Source: Eledone cirrhosa
Taxonomy: Eukaryota
DNA length: 64,000 nucleotides
Direction: 5' to 3'
NCBI GenBank assembly: GCA_964016885.1
Contig: OZ024740.1
Location: 205,778,001-205,842,000, forward strand
The translations under genes were made by a program, and so were the position numbers. The notes beneath the pieces were generated by a model. That model was not told where the DNA came from and made no database searches. It was given only the letters and a program-made list of their open reading frames with translations. Shown one piece after another: positions 51,978 to 64,000 of the stretch. Numbering within the stretch: position 1 is the stretch's first letter; each line of letters starts with the position of its first letter.

Positions 51978-52052
51978 TATGGAGTCTTGTTAGGTGGTGT
52001 GATGATAGCAGAAACAGGATTTGTCATATTGCTGTTTTCAGTTAAGAAAGAA
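51978..52052 (+). CDS. Tetraspanin coding exon 3 (TM3)
   Basis: TTCCAG|TAT...GAA|GTAAGT, 75 nt; YGVLLGGVMIAETGFVILLFSVKKE with the typical polar E in TM3. Confidence 0.9.
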
Positions 52053-52274
52053 GTAAGTGACATTTTGTATCAATCTATTAGTTTACTTTGGTCTTTCTTT
52101 CTCTCTTTCTCTCTTTCTTTGTTTCTTTGTTTCTTTGTTTCTTTCTCTCTTTATTTCTTTCTTTAAAGTGATAGTGCTGGTGTCATAATAAAATGCACCC
52201 AGCACACTCTGTAAAATGGTTGTGCTGGCACCACAGAAAATACATCCAATCCACCCTGTCTACATATTGTCCAT

Positions 52275-52778
52275 ACAGTGTACCTATTGTAAACCTGATA
52301 CACACAGGGATACAGTGTACCTATTGTAAACCAGATACATAGATACAATGTACTTGTTGTAAACTAGATACACACAAGGATACAGTGTACCTATTGTAAA
52401 CCAGATACACACAGGGATACAGTGTACCTATTGTAAACCTGATACATACAAGGATACAGTGTACCTATTGTAAACCTGATACACACAGGGATACAGTGTA
52501 CCTATTGTAAACCTGATACACACAGGGATACAGTGTACCTATTGTAAACCAGATACATAGATACAGTGTGCCTATTTAAACCAGATACACACAGGCATAG
52601 AGTGCACCTGTTGTAAACCAGATACACACAGGGATACAGTGTACCTATTGTAAACCAGATACACACAGGGATACAGTGTACCTATTGTAAACCAGATACA
52701 CACAGGGATACAGTGTACCTATTGTAAACCAGATACACACAGGGATAGAGTGCATCTATTGTAAACCTGATACACACA
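52275..52778. repeat. ~36-bp minisatellite (~14 units)
   Basis: Unit ACAGTGTACCTATTGTAAACC(A/T)GATACACACAGGGAT. Confidence 0.95.
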
Positions 52779-52987
52779 TCCCAATAAGGATGATAAACAA
52801 AACTAACTTCTGCAGGATTTGAACTAAGAACGCAAAGGGCCGTAACTCTATGCCGCTAAGCATGTTGTCCGACGCTCTACCGATTCTGCCAATCCACCGC
52901 TCTGAAGGAGTAAATAATAATGGGTGGTTTTGGTATCCGAAGAGACAAATTACTAAACTATTCTTATTTCAAATAATTTTATTTTAG

Positions 52988-53095
52988 ATGAAAGACTCTA
53001 TGAAAGAACCAATGATTAACAACCTGAAAAATATGTATGCTGGTCCTGACAAAGAAGATGTTACTTCATATGGTTGGAACTTTGTTATGTCTACG
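52988..53095 (+). CDS. Tetraspanin coding exon 4 (large loop helices A/B)
   Basis: TTTTAG|ATG...ACG|GTATGT, 108 nt; MKDSMKEPMINNLKNMYAGPDKEDVTSYGWNFVMST. Confidence 0.88.
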
Positions 53096-53727
53096 GTATG
53101 TAGCATTTTTTACTAAAGAAATCATGTTTGTGTATCAACCATAAACTTTTCAGTAAACTGCTTTTTTCATAAGAAAATTAGGAAATTTGTTCATCTGCTG
53201 CAGTGGTTCTTAATTTTTTTTACCTATGGACACCTTTCATTCCTACTTTACTCTGGTGGACCCCCAGAGCCATTCGATATTTTAAAAATCCTATTGTATC
53301 TATTAAAATTAAATATTCTAAGGAACTGTATAAAAATTGTTAAAATATCTTGTGTAGTGTAGAAGTATAACCAATTTATCGTGCAAAAACATTATTAACT
53401 AACGAAAATTCAATAGAAAATGAGTCACACATACAAAAATTATGAAATATCTGAAGAATTTCTTACCTTTTTCAATAATAGAAATCAAAGGAAGAAAAGT
53501 GCCAACAATAACTGTAATCAATCTTTCTCTCTCTCTTTGTAAAAATGTATATATACATATAGAGTGGGTGACCAATGTTTATATAAATATACACATTTTT
53601 ATTATGTAGGCCTGTAAACACCACTAGATGTGGCTTCAAGTGGGTTTGATTTCAAAGGGTTCAATACTGATACTAAATGTGAATCTAAATGGAATTTTAT
53701 CTCTCTAAACATTTTTTTTTTTTGCAG

Positions 53728-53940
53728 TTCCAGTGTTGCGGAATCAGAAACTACACAGAATTTCATTATGCTAAAAAATGGGATCGAAGAATTAAAATTA
53801 AGGGCATGCAATTCTTGAAAGAAATTCCTGACACCTGCTGTTCCCGTAAAGTTGATATTTTGAATGAAAAACAATTCAAAGAAGTGATTGACACAAATTG
53901 TACCATTTACCCAACTGTTAATAATTCATATATTGGAAAG
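53728..53940 (+). CDS. Tetraspanin coding exon 5 (CCG and PxxCC motifs)
   Basis: (T)nGCAG|TTC...AAG|GTAAGT, 213 nt; FQCCG...IPDTCC...TNC...YIGK. Confidence 0.95.
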
Positions 53941-54421
53941 GTAAGTCCTTGTCCTATACATTTTTTACTGGTTTAATTCATTAGACTGCGACCATGCTGG
54001 GGCACTGCTTTAAAGAGATTTAGTCAAACATATCAACCCTGGTCCTTATTTTATCTGCCACTTTTTGTCAGACTGTTACATTACATGACATAAACAAAGT
54101 CACTGATATAAACATAGAAACAAACACACACACACACATGCACACACACACATATATATGGTCTTCTAAATGTTTTTAATTAAACATACGGTATATTGCC
54201 AAATATACTATACATACATTCATGCATACATCGCTATTTCAGAGCACCAATCCTAATACCTAATTTTTGTTGGACCGGCAATCTCTCTGTGTAATCAGCT
54301 CCTGATTATTACTGGAATTCTATAAGGGGATTGTAACATTCAGTTACTGTTACTGTGGGTTCACCAGAGTCGGGCCAGATCAATTCAGATCGAACCATGA
54401 GCTGATCAATCGCAAAATTGT

Positions 54422-54912
54422 CATCATTTACTTCGTTATTTTTGTTTACCTTTTACATACAATTATATATATATATATATATACCCTTGCACGCAGGGAA
54501 AAGCGGACGTAAAATGATGATGATGATGATGATGATGATATATATATATATATATATATACAACTCAAACGTAATGAAGACCTAAGACTTCGTCCTTTAT
54601 CATTTTCACTATATATATATATATTGGAAAATGTGTGAGATCCTTGGTACAGTTAGGTATATTTGAAAAAAAAATGAAAAGAATGACTTCACTTGTAGTG
54701 TTAAATAATTTGATTTAATTTTATAATATAACTCATAATATTATAATATTATAAAATTAAATCAAATTATTTAACACTACAAGTGAAGTCATTCTTTTCC
54801 TTTTTTTTTCAAATATACCTAACTGTACCAAGGATCTCACACATTTTCCAATATATATATATATAGTGAAAATGATAAAGGACGAAGTGTTAGGTCTTCA
54901 TTACGTTTGAGT

Positions 54913-54983
<71 letters not shown>

Positions 54984-55022
54984 GTATGTAAAAGGTAAAC
55001 AAAAATAACGAAGTAAATGATG
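54422..55022. repeat. ~600-bp AT-rich fold-back palindrome with an RTE 3' tail (54484-54539) inserted in the left arm
   Basis: Inner arms 54558-54729 / 54746-54916 are near-perfect. Outer arms are 54422-54459 / 54984-55022, with (TA)n between inner and outer arms. Confidence 0.9.
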
Positions 55023-55538
55023 GTTGTGGTGGTGGTGGTGCTGCTGGTGCTGGTGGTACTGCTGGTGGTGGTTGAGAATTTCCTTGCCGTTTGTAGTAGG
55101 TTAAGCAATTAGAGGCAAGTAGTGTGGTAATGCTTGAGAACTATGTTGTTTATTACCTGCACAAAATCCTGAAAAAGCACAGTTAGATATCAACTCTTGA
55201 GAGCATTGCTTTGATACACCATTTCCAAAGGACCTCTGTCAGTTTCAATGTTGAGTGTTCCTGTCATTCAATCAATGGAACAGCCAGCTCATGAAATTAA
55301 TGTGTAAGCGGCTGATCATCCATAGGCACATGCACCCTTAAACCATTAGCATTTAATCCGACCATATCGAGCAAGAATTCTTTCAGCTATTTTTGTTCAA
55401 ACCGGCTGTAACCAGCCCCTCATACCAACGTTAAGATATTGTTCTCAAAATGAATAATATCAAAATCTCATAGATTCGATATTATGTGAGATAATTATGT
55501 AAGGTAAAGCCTTTTCTGTGAAAATACAATATTATATA

Positions 55539-56977
55539 CTAGCAATTTAGCCCGGCGTTGCTCGGGTTTGTTCATTTGCTATGAAAAGTTACATACAGGT
55601 AAATGTGGCTTGAAAGCGAATAAGCTTATCAATTAAGTGCATAAAGCAGTTGAACCGGTTATTAAAAGTTACGAACCAATTAGCATTTTGGACAATCAAT
55701 GATGGGTTAATAATCTTCCAATAGCGAATTTAGCAGACCAAAGTTGCCCTGATGCTGTTGGGTGTCAGATCTGTCTGCCATAGGTGACCCTACCAGGAAA
55801 TAGTTTTCCAGACGGCATAGCTCCAACACCAACATCTATAGCACCTCTTTGTAGACAATATTGCGTGTCATCCCTTGAGGAGTGTAAGCAAAAAGTCCAT
55901 TCCTGCTCCCTACGCAGGAACAGGCAACATAAAGTTGGCCATGGGAGAAGCATGGCTCCCCCAAATGGATGCCTGCCACCGATAATGTTTGCCCTTGTGA
56001 CTTGTTAATGGACATGGCAAAACATGGTCTCACCGGAAATCGAACGGGATATCTGACGCCGAGGGGAAAAGGTTCATCCTTGGCAGTGTATTCGGCAGAA
56101 TTGCCAGAAGTACAACACTATGGGTGTTGTGATATTAATATTTAACCAATGAAAGTCGTAAAAAATAAATAATTTAAACATTCCGATTCATATGTCTATA
56201 GCATTAATCTGTTATATGAAGTGTTATTTTGCGGGTTGTTATTTGCAATAAGTTGATTTAAAATGCCCCAGAAAAGCCGTATGTCAATACGGAACTCCAA
56301 TGACTCCCCCAGCAGTTAAATTATAGAGAGGGGGAATAATCTATTATAGAGAGAGGGAAGAGCGATGGAGAGAGTAAAGCTAAGAAACTATAGGGAGGTG
56401 TGTAAAACAGTGTTGTCATATAGAGAGTGAAGAGCGACAGAGAGAGTAAAGCAGTTAAATTATAGAGAGGGGGAATGATCTATTATAGAGAGAAGGAAGA
56501 GCGACGGAGAGAGTAAAGCTATGTTTGTTGTTGTATAAATTGATGTGTTGCTTAGTTTTCAAAGTTTATGTCGAGTTCCTGAACAAAGTTTTGTCGCTGT
56601 TGTAAACTGTAATGGTGATAGGGTAGTAGAAGGAGGCATTAACCTTTTAAAGAGAGTTGCAGAGGAGATTGAGAGGGGAGTAGAGGGAGGGATGAACCTT
56701 TTAAAGAGAGTTGCAACATGTATGTAGTTTCATTGATTGTTGAGGGTAGTAGAGAGAGGGATTAAGCGTGTAAGAGAGAGGGTTACAGCATGTATTTAGT
56801 TTTATCGATTTTTTTCATAGAAGCAGGAAATTTTGGCAAAGTTTATTATGCGTTGACCATCGTTGGTAAATTTGGAGCACATTGGAAAAAATCATCAAAA
56901 TCGGTAGAAAAATGTGGAAATGCATAAAAATCATACACACACACAGACAGACATTTTCCGTTTTATATATAGAGAGA
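55539..56977 (-). mobile_element. Non-autonomous Helitron retaining a PIF1-helicase fragment, inserted in a TTAA MITE
   Basis: On -: A|TC start, hairpin CCCGAGCAACGCCGGG, CTAG|T end. The MITE halves rejoin at A|T. Confidence 0.9.
55836..56045 (-). pseudogene. Helitron RepHel helicase C-terminal fragment
   Basis: FAMSINKSQGQTL...CFSHGQLYVACS.V...TRNIVYKEVL. Confidence 0.92.
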
Positions 56978-58278
56978 TAGAGTAATGTGAATGCAAAAGG
57001 GTTAATGTAATTCTTAGGAGATTCAGTGTAATACAGTGTGTGACAAGGCAGGTTCTTTGAATTATAAGCACTGTCTAACCAAAAGACTTTTAAACAGTTT
57101 CCACATACACAATTTCTTTTACAAAGCATGGATTAACCCAAAGCTATGGCAAATGATACTTACCCAAGATACCATGTAATGGGATTGAACCTGGAACCTA
57201 ATGATTGTGAAGTGAACTTCTTTAGTGTTCAAACCGGCCAAAACCGGCCAGAGTTCTCTACCTCTTCCTGTTGAAACTGGCTGTAACTGGTCACTCAAAC
57301 TGATGTTAAGGTATTGTTTTCAAAATAAATACTTTCAAAATCTCATAGATTCGATATTATGTGAGATAATTATGTGAGGTAAAGCCTTTACTATTAAAAT
57401 ATAATAGTATATATAAAATAATGTGAATGTTAAAAGGTTAAACATTCAGCTGTATTACATCCATATAGACTCTATATTCTATTTCTGTCTTTGTTCAGTA
57501 TATAATATAACTTAAGCCTTTAGCATTTAAACCGGTTGTATCCAGCCAGAATTCTCTCACCTATTTCTCTTCAAACCGGCTGTAACTAGCTACTCATATT
57601 GATGTTAAGGTATTGTTCTTAAAATAAATAATATCAAAATCTCATAGCTCCAATATTATGTGAAAATATAATAGTAAATATAGAGTAATGTAAATAGTAA
57701 AGGGTTAAACTACTATGGACATCACTCACAACTGAGTATGACTTGGGAGCATTGACCATGCTTCAGCTAAGAGTTTTAAGTGTCTGTGTAGTTGTGAATA
57801 TAAAGACGGTCACAAATATAATGGGCTTTTCTAAAGTTTCTGTCTACCAAATTTCACTCTCAAGACATAGGTCAACCAAAGGCTATAGGAGATGACACTT
57901 GTGACAAAGTACTACAAGGCAGGTGTGAACTCCAGCCACAAGGTTGCAAAGACAACTCCTTGACTACACAGCTAAAACTTCACACTTTTAAATCTTTTCT
58001 TTAATAAATATAAACCCACAACATTTCTCAGGTTTCTCTCTGAAGTCCCCCACCCAACAGACTCCCCTTGATAATGGATGGTAAATCTGAAAATATTTGG
58101 GATCATTAAAATTGCTAAGGATAACTTTTTATCATTCTCACTCTCTTATCTCAGTTTGTTTTCTTTCTCTATCTATTTTCTCAACTTCTCATTACCTTGC
58201 ACACATTGTTGGGCTTCCAAATATCCAAACTTATTTTCTAGTTGTATTTATATCAAATATAAAATTATTTTGTTGCAG

Positions 58279-58362
58279 AGTTGTTGGAAAACAATACAGT
58301 CTTTATTGAGTGAACAGAGTGGACTTATGATGGGAATTGGTATAACAGTATTAGGATTTGAG
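58279..58362 (+). CDS. Tetraspanin coding exon 6 (last loop Cys plus TM4 start)
   Basis: TTGCAG|AGT...GAG|GTAAGT, 84 nt; SCWKTIQSLLSEQSGLMMGIGITVLGFE. Confidence 0.92.
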
Positions 58363-58429
58363 GTAAGTGTTTAAAAGAAGAATACTTAGGATTGTTATTA
58401 TATAATTAACAATCCTATTTTAATAATTC

Positions 58430-58506
<77 letters not shown>

Positions 58507-60474
58507 AGCCATTTCCCCCTAAAAAAAAAATTCTCATTGCACTCCTAGTAAAGAAATCCATTGATATAAACACTTTCAATATTTATAGTATCATCATCAT
58601 CATCATCATCATCACCTTTACTACATTCACAATACTTTGTAATGCATCATATCTTACTGAAGTATTCATTGCTATTCAGATGTGCCATTGATAGGAGGCT
58701 CTGTATCATTGCTCGGCCTACTAGGAATAGCAGCCAAATAGCTCTCAAAAGAACCTATATCATAAAATAAGAAAAGGACAGACAGAATAATATAGTCCTT
58801 GACCTTATTAGGTCAACACTCTGCTCCATCATCCATAAGTGCAGTCATACAAAGCTTGGGACAGACACTTCTGTTTTCTGCTTTCATAAATGATTGACCC
58901 AAACCTGTGAAATCAAGGTGTATCTATGTTGACTACTCCACACTGTTTATACCTGTATGATTGGCAGGTGAGAGCAATGTGGCTGCCATTAGCTTATATA
59001 AAGCCTGTGTAAGCAATTAGAAATTAACATTTGATCCATGAAAATGTAAAGCAATATTTATAGTTCTATCAAAGAAAAGAAGCCCAACAAACCTTGTATA
59101 GCATTAGGGAATTGAAAAAGCAGTTTTATACTATGAGTATAACCATAGACAGCAAGCTGATGTGGGCAAAACATGTCACCACTATATGTAGTGGTTTCTG
59201 ATTTAGGCACAAGGCCAGCAATTTGGGGGGAGGGGAAAGTCGATTAAATTGATCCCAGTGCATTACTGGTACTTTATTTTATCGACCTTGTAATGATGAA
59301 AGCCAAAGCTAAGCTCAGCAGGATTTGAACTCAGAACATACAGGGCCCTAACTCTATGTCGCGAAGCAGGGTGGCTGACGCTCTACTGATACTGTCATTC
59401 AATCATCTTGCCACTATATATAGTAAAACTGTACACATTGGTGTGTTACAAAAATTAGAGGTAAGGTGGACAGGAATGGAACAACAACTGTTTACAAAGT
59501 TCAAAGCTGAAGAATTATAGAATATCCCTATCTAAGTAGGATGAATGCCTCACAATGCACTCTGAGCCTACTCATTGTAATCCACCCCAACAAAAAAAAT
59601 CTTAGGACCATTGCAATTGATGATGTTGTGCTACAAAATGTACACAAGCCACAGCCAATCAAAACTACAATGGTATGAAAGACACCATTCTACAAGGGCA
59701 GGTAGATTTATACCTGAGCAAGGTAACTCAACACCTGATAACAACACCCAACATTCTACAAAGGCAGCTATATTTATACTATTTTCTTAGTATTGTCAGA
59801 GCAAGAAGTTCTCAAAACTAGGTTTGTCAGCATGTCAAACTGTAAGATGAAATTATTTTATTTGAGAGAATGGTGCTCATAACAGGAAGAAAGGAGTGGA
59901 CATTGTAGGGCTAGCCAAGGTTGTTAAACATCCAAGTATTAGTCATAGCTGTGCCTTAATAACCTGAATAATAGGCTTAAAAAATCTAATCACACCTATG
60001 TCGTTATGCATTTATTAATCTAGGTTTGTTGGAATTTATAATTATTTCTATTACCAGCAATTTGAAGGGGAGGGGAAAGTGGATTAAATTGACCCCAGTC
60101 CGTGACTGGTACTTTAATTATCGCCCCCCATAAGGATGAAAATCAAAGCTAACCTAGGCAGGATTTGAACTCAGAATGCAAAGGGCCGCAACTTTACGCC
60201 ACACAGCATGTTGTCCGGAACCTTACTGATACTGTCAATCCACTACCCTTCCATTGGAATTAATCATGAAAACACTCTACTCTAATCTTAGAGTGAAGTA
60301 AAATAGGAAACCTATACATCCACCTCCATTATTAATTTACTACTAGCTTGTTATAATTACATTTAATTCAATTATAATATTAATTAGAACACACCACCCA
60401 TTTCTAGGCCTCTCCTCCTATTAAATAATTAAATAAAAACTACACATAAACCATCTTCAAACATCATGGATTCA

Positions 60475-60985
60475 GATATGGCTGAGTGGTTGACTTTGCA
60501 ATCAAGAGTTCCTGGGTTCAATCCTAATGCATGGCATCTTGGGCAAGTGTTTTTACCATAGTCCTAGGTTGATCCAAGCCTTGTGAGTGAAATTTGGTAG
60601 ACAGAAACTGTGTGGAAGAATGTTGAAAGGGTTGTATATGTAATTCAAATATCCAGCTTTGTCACACACTGTGTCACACTGATTTGGTTTTGGAATTGCA
60701 TTAAGGGTATACTTGCCTGTATACTGGGTGATACGTTGTGTCCTTAAGCAAGACACTTTATTTCACATTGATCCAGTTTTGTAGAAATATGTTGTGATGT
60801 CACAGGGGCCAAGCTGTATCAGCCATTGTCTTTCCCTTGGACAACATTGGTGGCATGGAGAGGGGAGACTGGTATGCATGGGTGACTGCTGGTCTTCCTC
60901 AAACACACCTTGCCTGGGAGGGGAACTTTCTAGGTACAAATCCCATGGTCATTCATGACCGAAGATCGGTCTTTACCCTTACACT
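60475..60985 (+). mobile_element. Cluster of tRNA/CORE-like SINE fragments
   Basis: TGGCTGAGTGG (A box), GGTTCAATCC (B box), CTTGGGCAAGTG and CCTTAAGCAAGACACTT. Confidence 0.65.
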
Positions 60986-61273
60986 TGCCTGTAGAATACT
61001 CAATTACTGCCTTATACTATTTATGGAATCTTGGGGAGCCTGTGAAGGCCTTGACTTGGACCCTTCTCCAAACATAACCGATGAGTTTCCGAACAGTTTC
61101 TATCTACCTAATTTCCCTCACACAAGCTGGGACAACCCGAGAATAGGGTAAATGACTCTTGCTCAAGATGCCACATAGTGAGATTAAACCTGAAACCTTA
61201 TAATTGCAAAGTGAACTACTTAATCATTTGGCTTCTTAGAGAAGATTCACAAATCCCATATGAAAGAAATGCT

Positions 61274-64000
61274 ATTCACACACACACACAGTCCTGTTCA
61301 CAGTCATATTCACACACACAGTCCTGTTCACACACACAGTCCTGTTCACAGTCATATTCACACACACAGTCCTGTTCACACACACAGTCCTGTTCACAGT
61401 CATATTCACACACACAGTCCTGTTCACAGTCATATTCACACACACAGTCCTGTTCACAGTCATATTCACACACACAGTCCTGTTCACAGTCATATTCACA
61501 CACACAGTCCTGTTCACAGTCATATTCACACACACAGTCCTGTTCACACACACAGTCCTGTTCACAGTCATATTCACACACACAGTCCTGTTCACAGTCA
61601 TATTCACACACACAGTCCTGTTCACACACACAGTCCTGTTCACAGTCATATTCACACACACAGTCCTGTTCACACACACAGTCCTGTTCACAGTCATATT
61701 CACACACACAGTCCTGTTCACAGTCATATTCACACACACAGTCCTGTTCACACACACAGTCCTGTTCACAGTCATATTCACACACACAGTCCTGTTCACA
61801 GTCATATTCACACACACAGTCCTGTTCACAGTCATATTCACACACACAGTCCTGTTCACAGTCATATTCACACACACAGTCCTGTTCACACACACAGTCC
61901 TGTTCACAGTCATATTCACACACACAGTCCTGTTCACACACACAGTCCTGTTCACAGTCATATTCACACACACAGTCCTGTTCACAGTCATATTCACACA
62001 CACAGTCCTGTTCACAGTCATATTCACACACACAGTCATATTCACACACACAGTCCTGTTCACACACACAGTCCTGTTCACAGTCATATTCACACACACA
62101 GTCCTGTTCACAGTCATATTCACACACACAGTCATATTCACACACACAGTCCTGTTCACAGTCATATTCACACACACAGTCCTGTTCACAGTCATATTCA
62201 CACACACAGTCCTGTTCACAGTCATATTCACACACACAGTCCTGTTCACACACACAGTCCTGTTCACAGTCATATTCACACACACAGTCCTGTTCACAGT
62301 CATATTCACACACACAGTCATATTCACACACACAGTCCTGTTCACAGTCATATTCACACACACAGTCCTGTTCACACACACAGTCCTGTTCACAGTCATA
62401 TTCACACACACAGTCCTGTTCACAGTCATATTCACACACACAGTCATATTCACACACACAGTCCTGTTCACAGTCATATTCACACACACAGTCCTGTTCA
62501 CACACACAGTCCTGTTCACAGTCATATTCACACACACAGTCCTGTTCACAGTCATATTCACACACACAGTCATATTCACACACACAGTCCTGTTCACAGT
62601 CATATTCACACACACAGTCATATTCACACACACAGTCCTGTTCACAGTCATATTCACACACACAGTCATATTCACACACACAGTCCTGTTCACAGTCATA
62701 TTCACACACACAGTCCTGTTCACAGTCATATTCACACACACAGTCCTGTTCACACACACAGTCCTGTTCACAGTCATATTCACACACACAGTCCTGTTCA
62801 CAGTCATATTCACACACACAGTCCTGTTCACAGTCATATTCACACACACAGTCCTGTTCACAGTCATATTCACACACACAGTCCTGTTCACAGTCCTGTT
62901 CACACACACAGTCCAGTTCACAGTCATATTCACACACACAGTCCTGTTCACAGTCATATTCACACACACAGTCCTGTTCACAGTCATATTCACACACAGT
63001 CCTGTTCACAGTCATATTCACACACACAGTCCTGTTCACAGTCCTGTTCACACACACAGTCCTGTTCACAGTCATATTCACACACACAGTCCTGTTCACA
63101 GTCATATTCACACACACAGTCCTGTTCACAGTCATATTCACACACACAGTCCTGTTCACAGTCATATTCACACACACAGTCCTGTTCACAGTCCTGTTCA
63201 CACACACAGTCCTGTTCACAGTCATATTCACACACACAGTCCTGTTCACAGTCATATTCACACACACAGTCATATTCACACACACAGTCCTGTTCACACA
63301 CACAGTCCTGTTCACAGTCATATTCACACACACAGTCATATTCACACACACAGTCCTGTTCACACACACAGTCCTGTTCACAGTCATATTCACACACACA
63401 GTCCTGTTCACAGTCATATTCACACACACAGTCATATTCACACACACAGTCCTGTTCACAGTCATATTCACACACACAGTCCTGTTCACACACACAGTCC
63501 TGTTCACAGTCATATTCACACACACAGTCCTGTTCACAGTCATATTCACACACACAGTCCTGTTCACAGTCATATTCACACACACAGTCCTGTTCACACA
63601 CACAGTCCTGTTCACAGTCATATTCACACACACAGTCCTGTTCACAGTCATATTCACACACACAGTCATATTCACACACACAGTCCTGTTCACAGTCATA
63701 TTCACACACACAGTCCTGTTCACAGTCATATTCACACACACAGTCATATTCACACACAGTCATATTCACATACACAGTCATATTCACACACACAGTCCTG
63801 TTCACAGTCATATTCACACACACAGTCCTGTTCACAGTCATATTCACACACACAGTCATATTCACACACAGTCATATTCACATACACAGTCATATTCACA
63901 CACAGTCATATTCACATACACAGTCATATTCACACACACAGTCCTGTTCACAGTCATATTCACACACACAGTCCTGTTCACAGTCATATTCACACACACA
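61274..64000. repeat. Homogeneous satellite (>2.7 kb, runs off the window) built from 12- and 18-bp modules
   Basis: (CA)2or5-GTC-(CTG|ATA)-TT modules, with a dominant 30-bp unit CACACACACAGTCCTGTTCACAGTCATATT. Confidence 0.97.

Noticed and set aside
51632-52166. Poly-Asp, poly-Met and poly-His ORFs
   Set aside because: (GAT)n microsatellite. Only 51978-52052 is a spliced exon.
59780-59850. TTTTCTTAG acceptor as a possible last tetraspanin exon
   Set aside because: The phase-0 translation (YCQSKKFSK...) is not hydrophobic and cannot complete TM4.
61272-63865. 573-, 825- and 291-aa Cys-rich ORFs (VNMTVNRTVC / CEQDCVCEYD)
   Set aside because: They are translations of a satellite whose units are multiples of 6 bp. 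The same peptides appear in swapped frames and there is no unique coding flank.

Overview
This is AT-rich, repeat-dense eukaryotic DNA, not prokaryotic. The SINE/LINE families and microsatellites look cephalopod, probably octopus (inference). One host gene is clear: a + strand tetraspanin with six coding exons (46029-58362, all phase-0 GT-AG introns); its last exon was not found. A second spliced gene may lie on the - strand near 8.1-8.5 kb. The rest is mostly mobile DNA: R4/Dong-like LINEs, several RTE LINEs (one with an uninterrupted 893-codon ORF), a deleted Gypsy LTR element, a mariner fragment, three Helitrons, TTAA/piggyBac-type MITEs, tRNA SINEs, Penelope-like elements and minisatellites. 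The main hidden signal is about a dozen type I hammerhead-ribozyme motifs in 3-5 unrelated sequence families. Most sit in head-to-head inverted pairs (left copy on -, right copy on +) that form fold-back elements inserted in (TA)n, the same geometry as the inverted pLTRs of the large Penelope element here. Other highlights are a Penelope nested inside a Helitron and a recent 1.9-kb intronic inversion with a 163-bp inverted breakpoint duplication.
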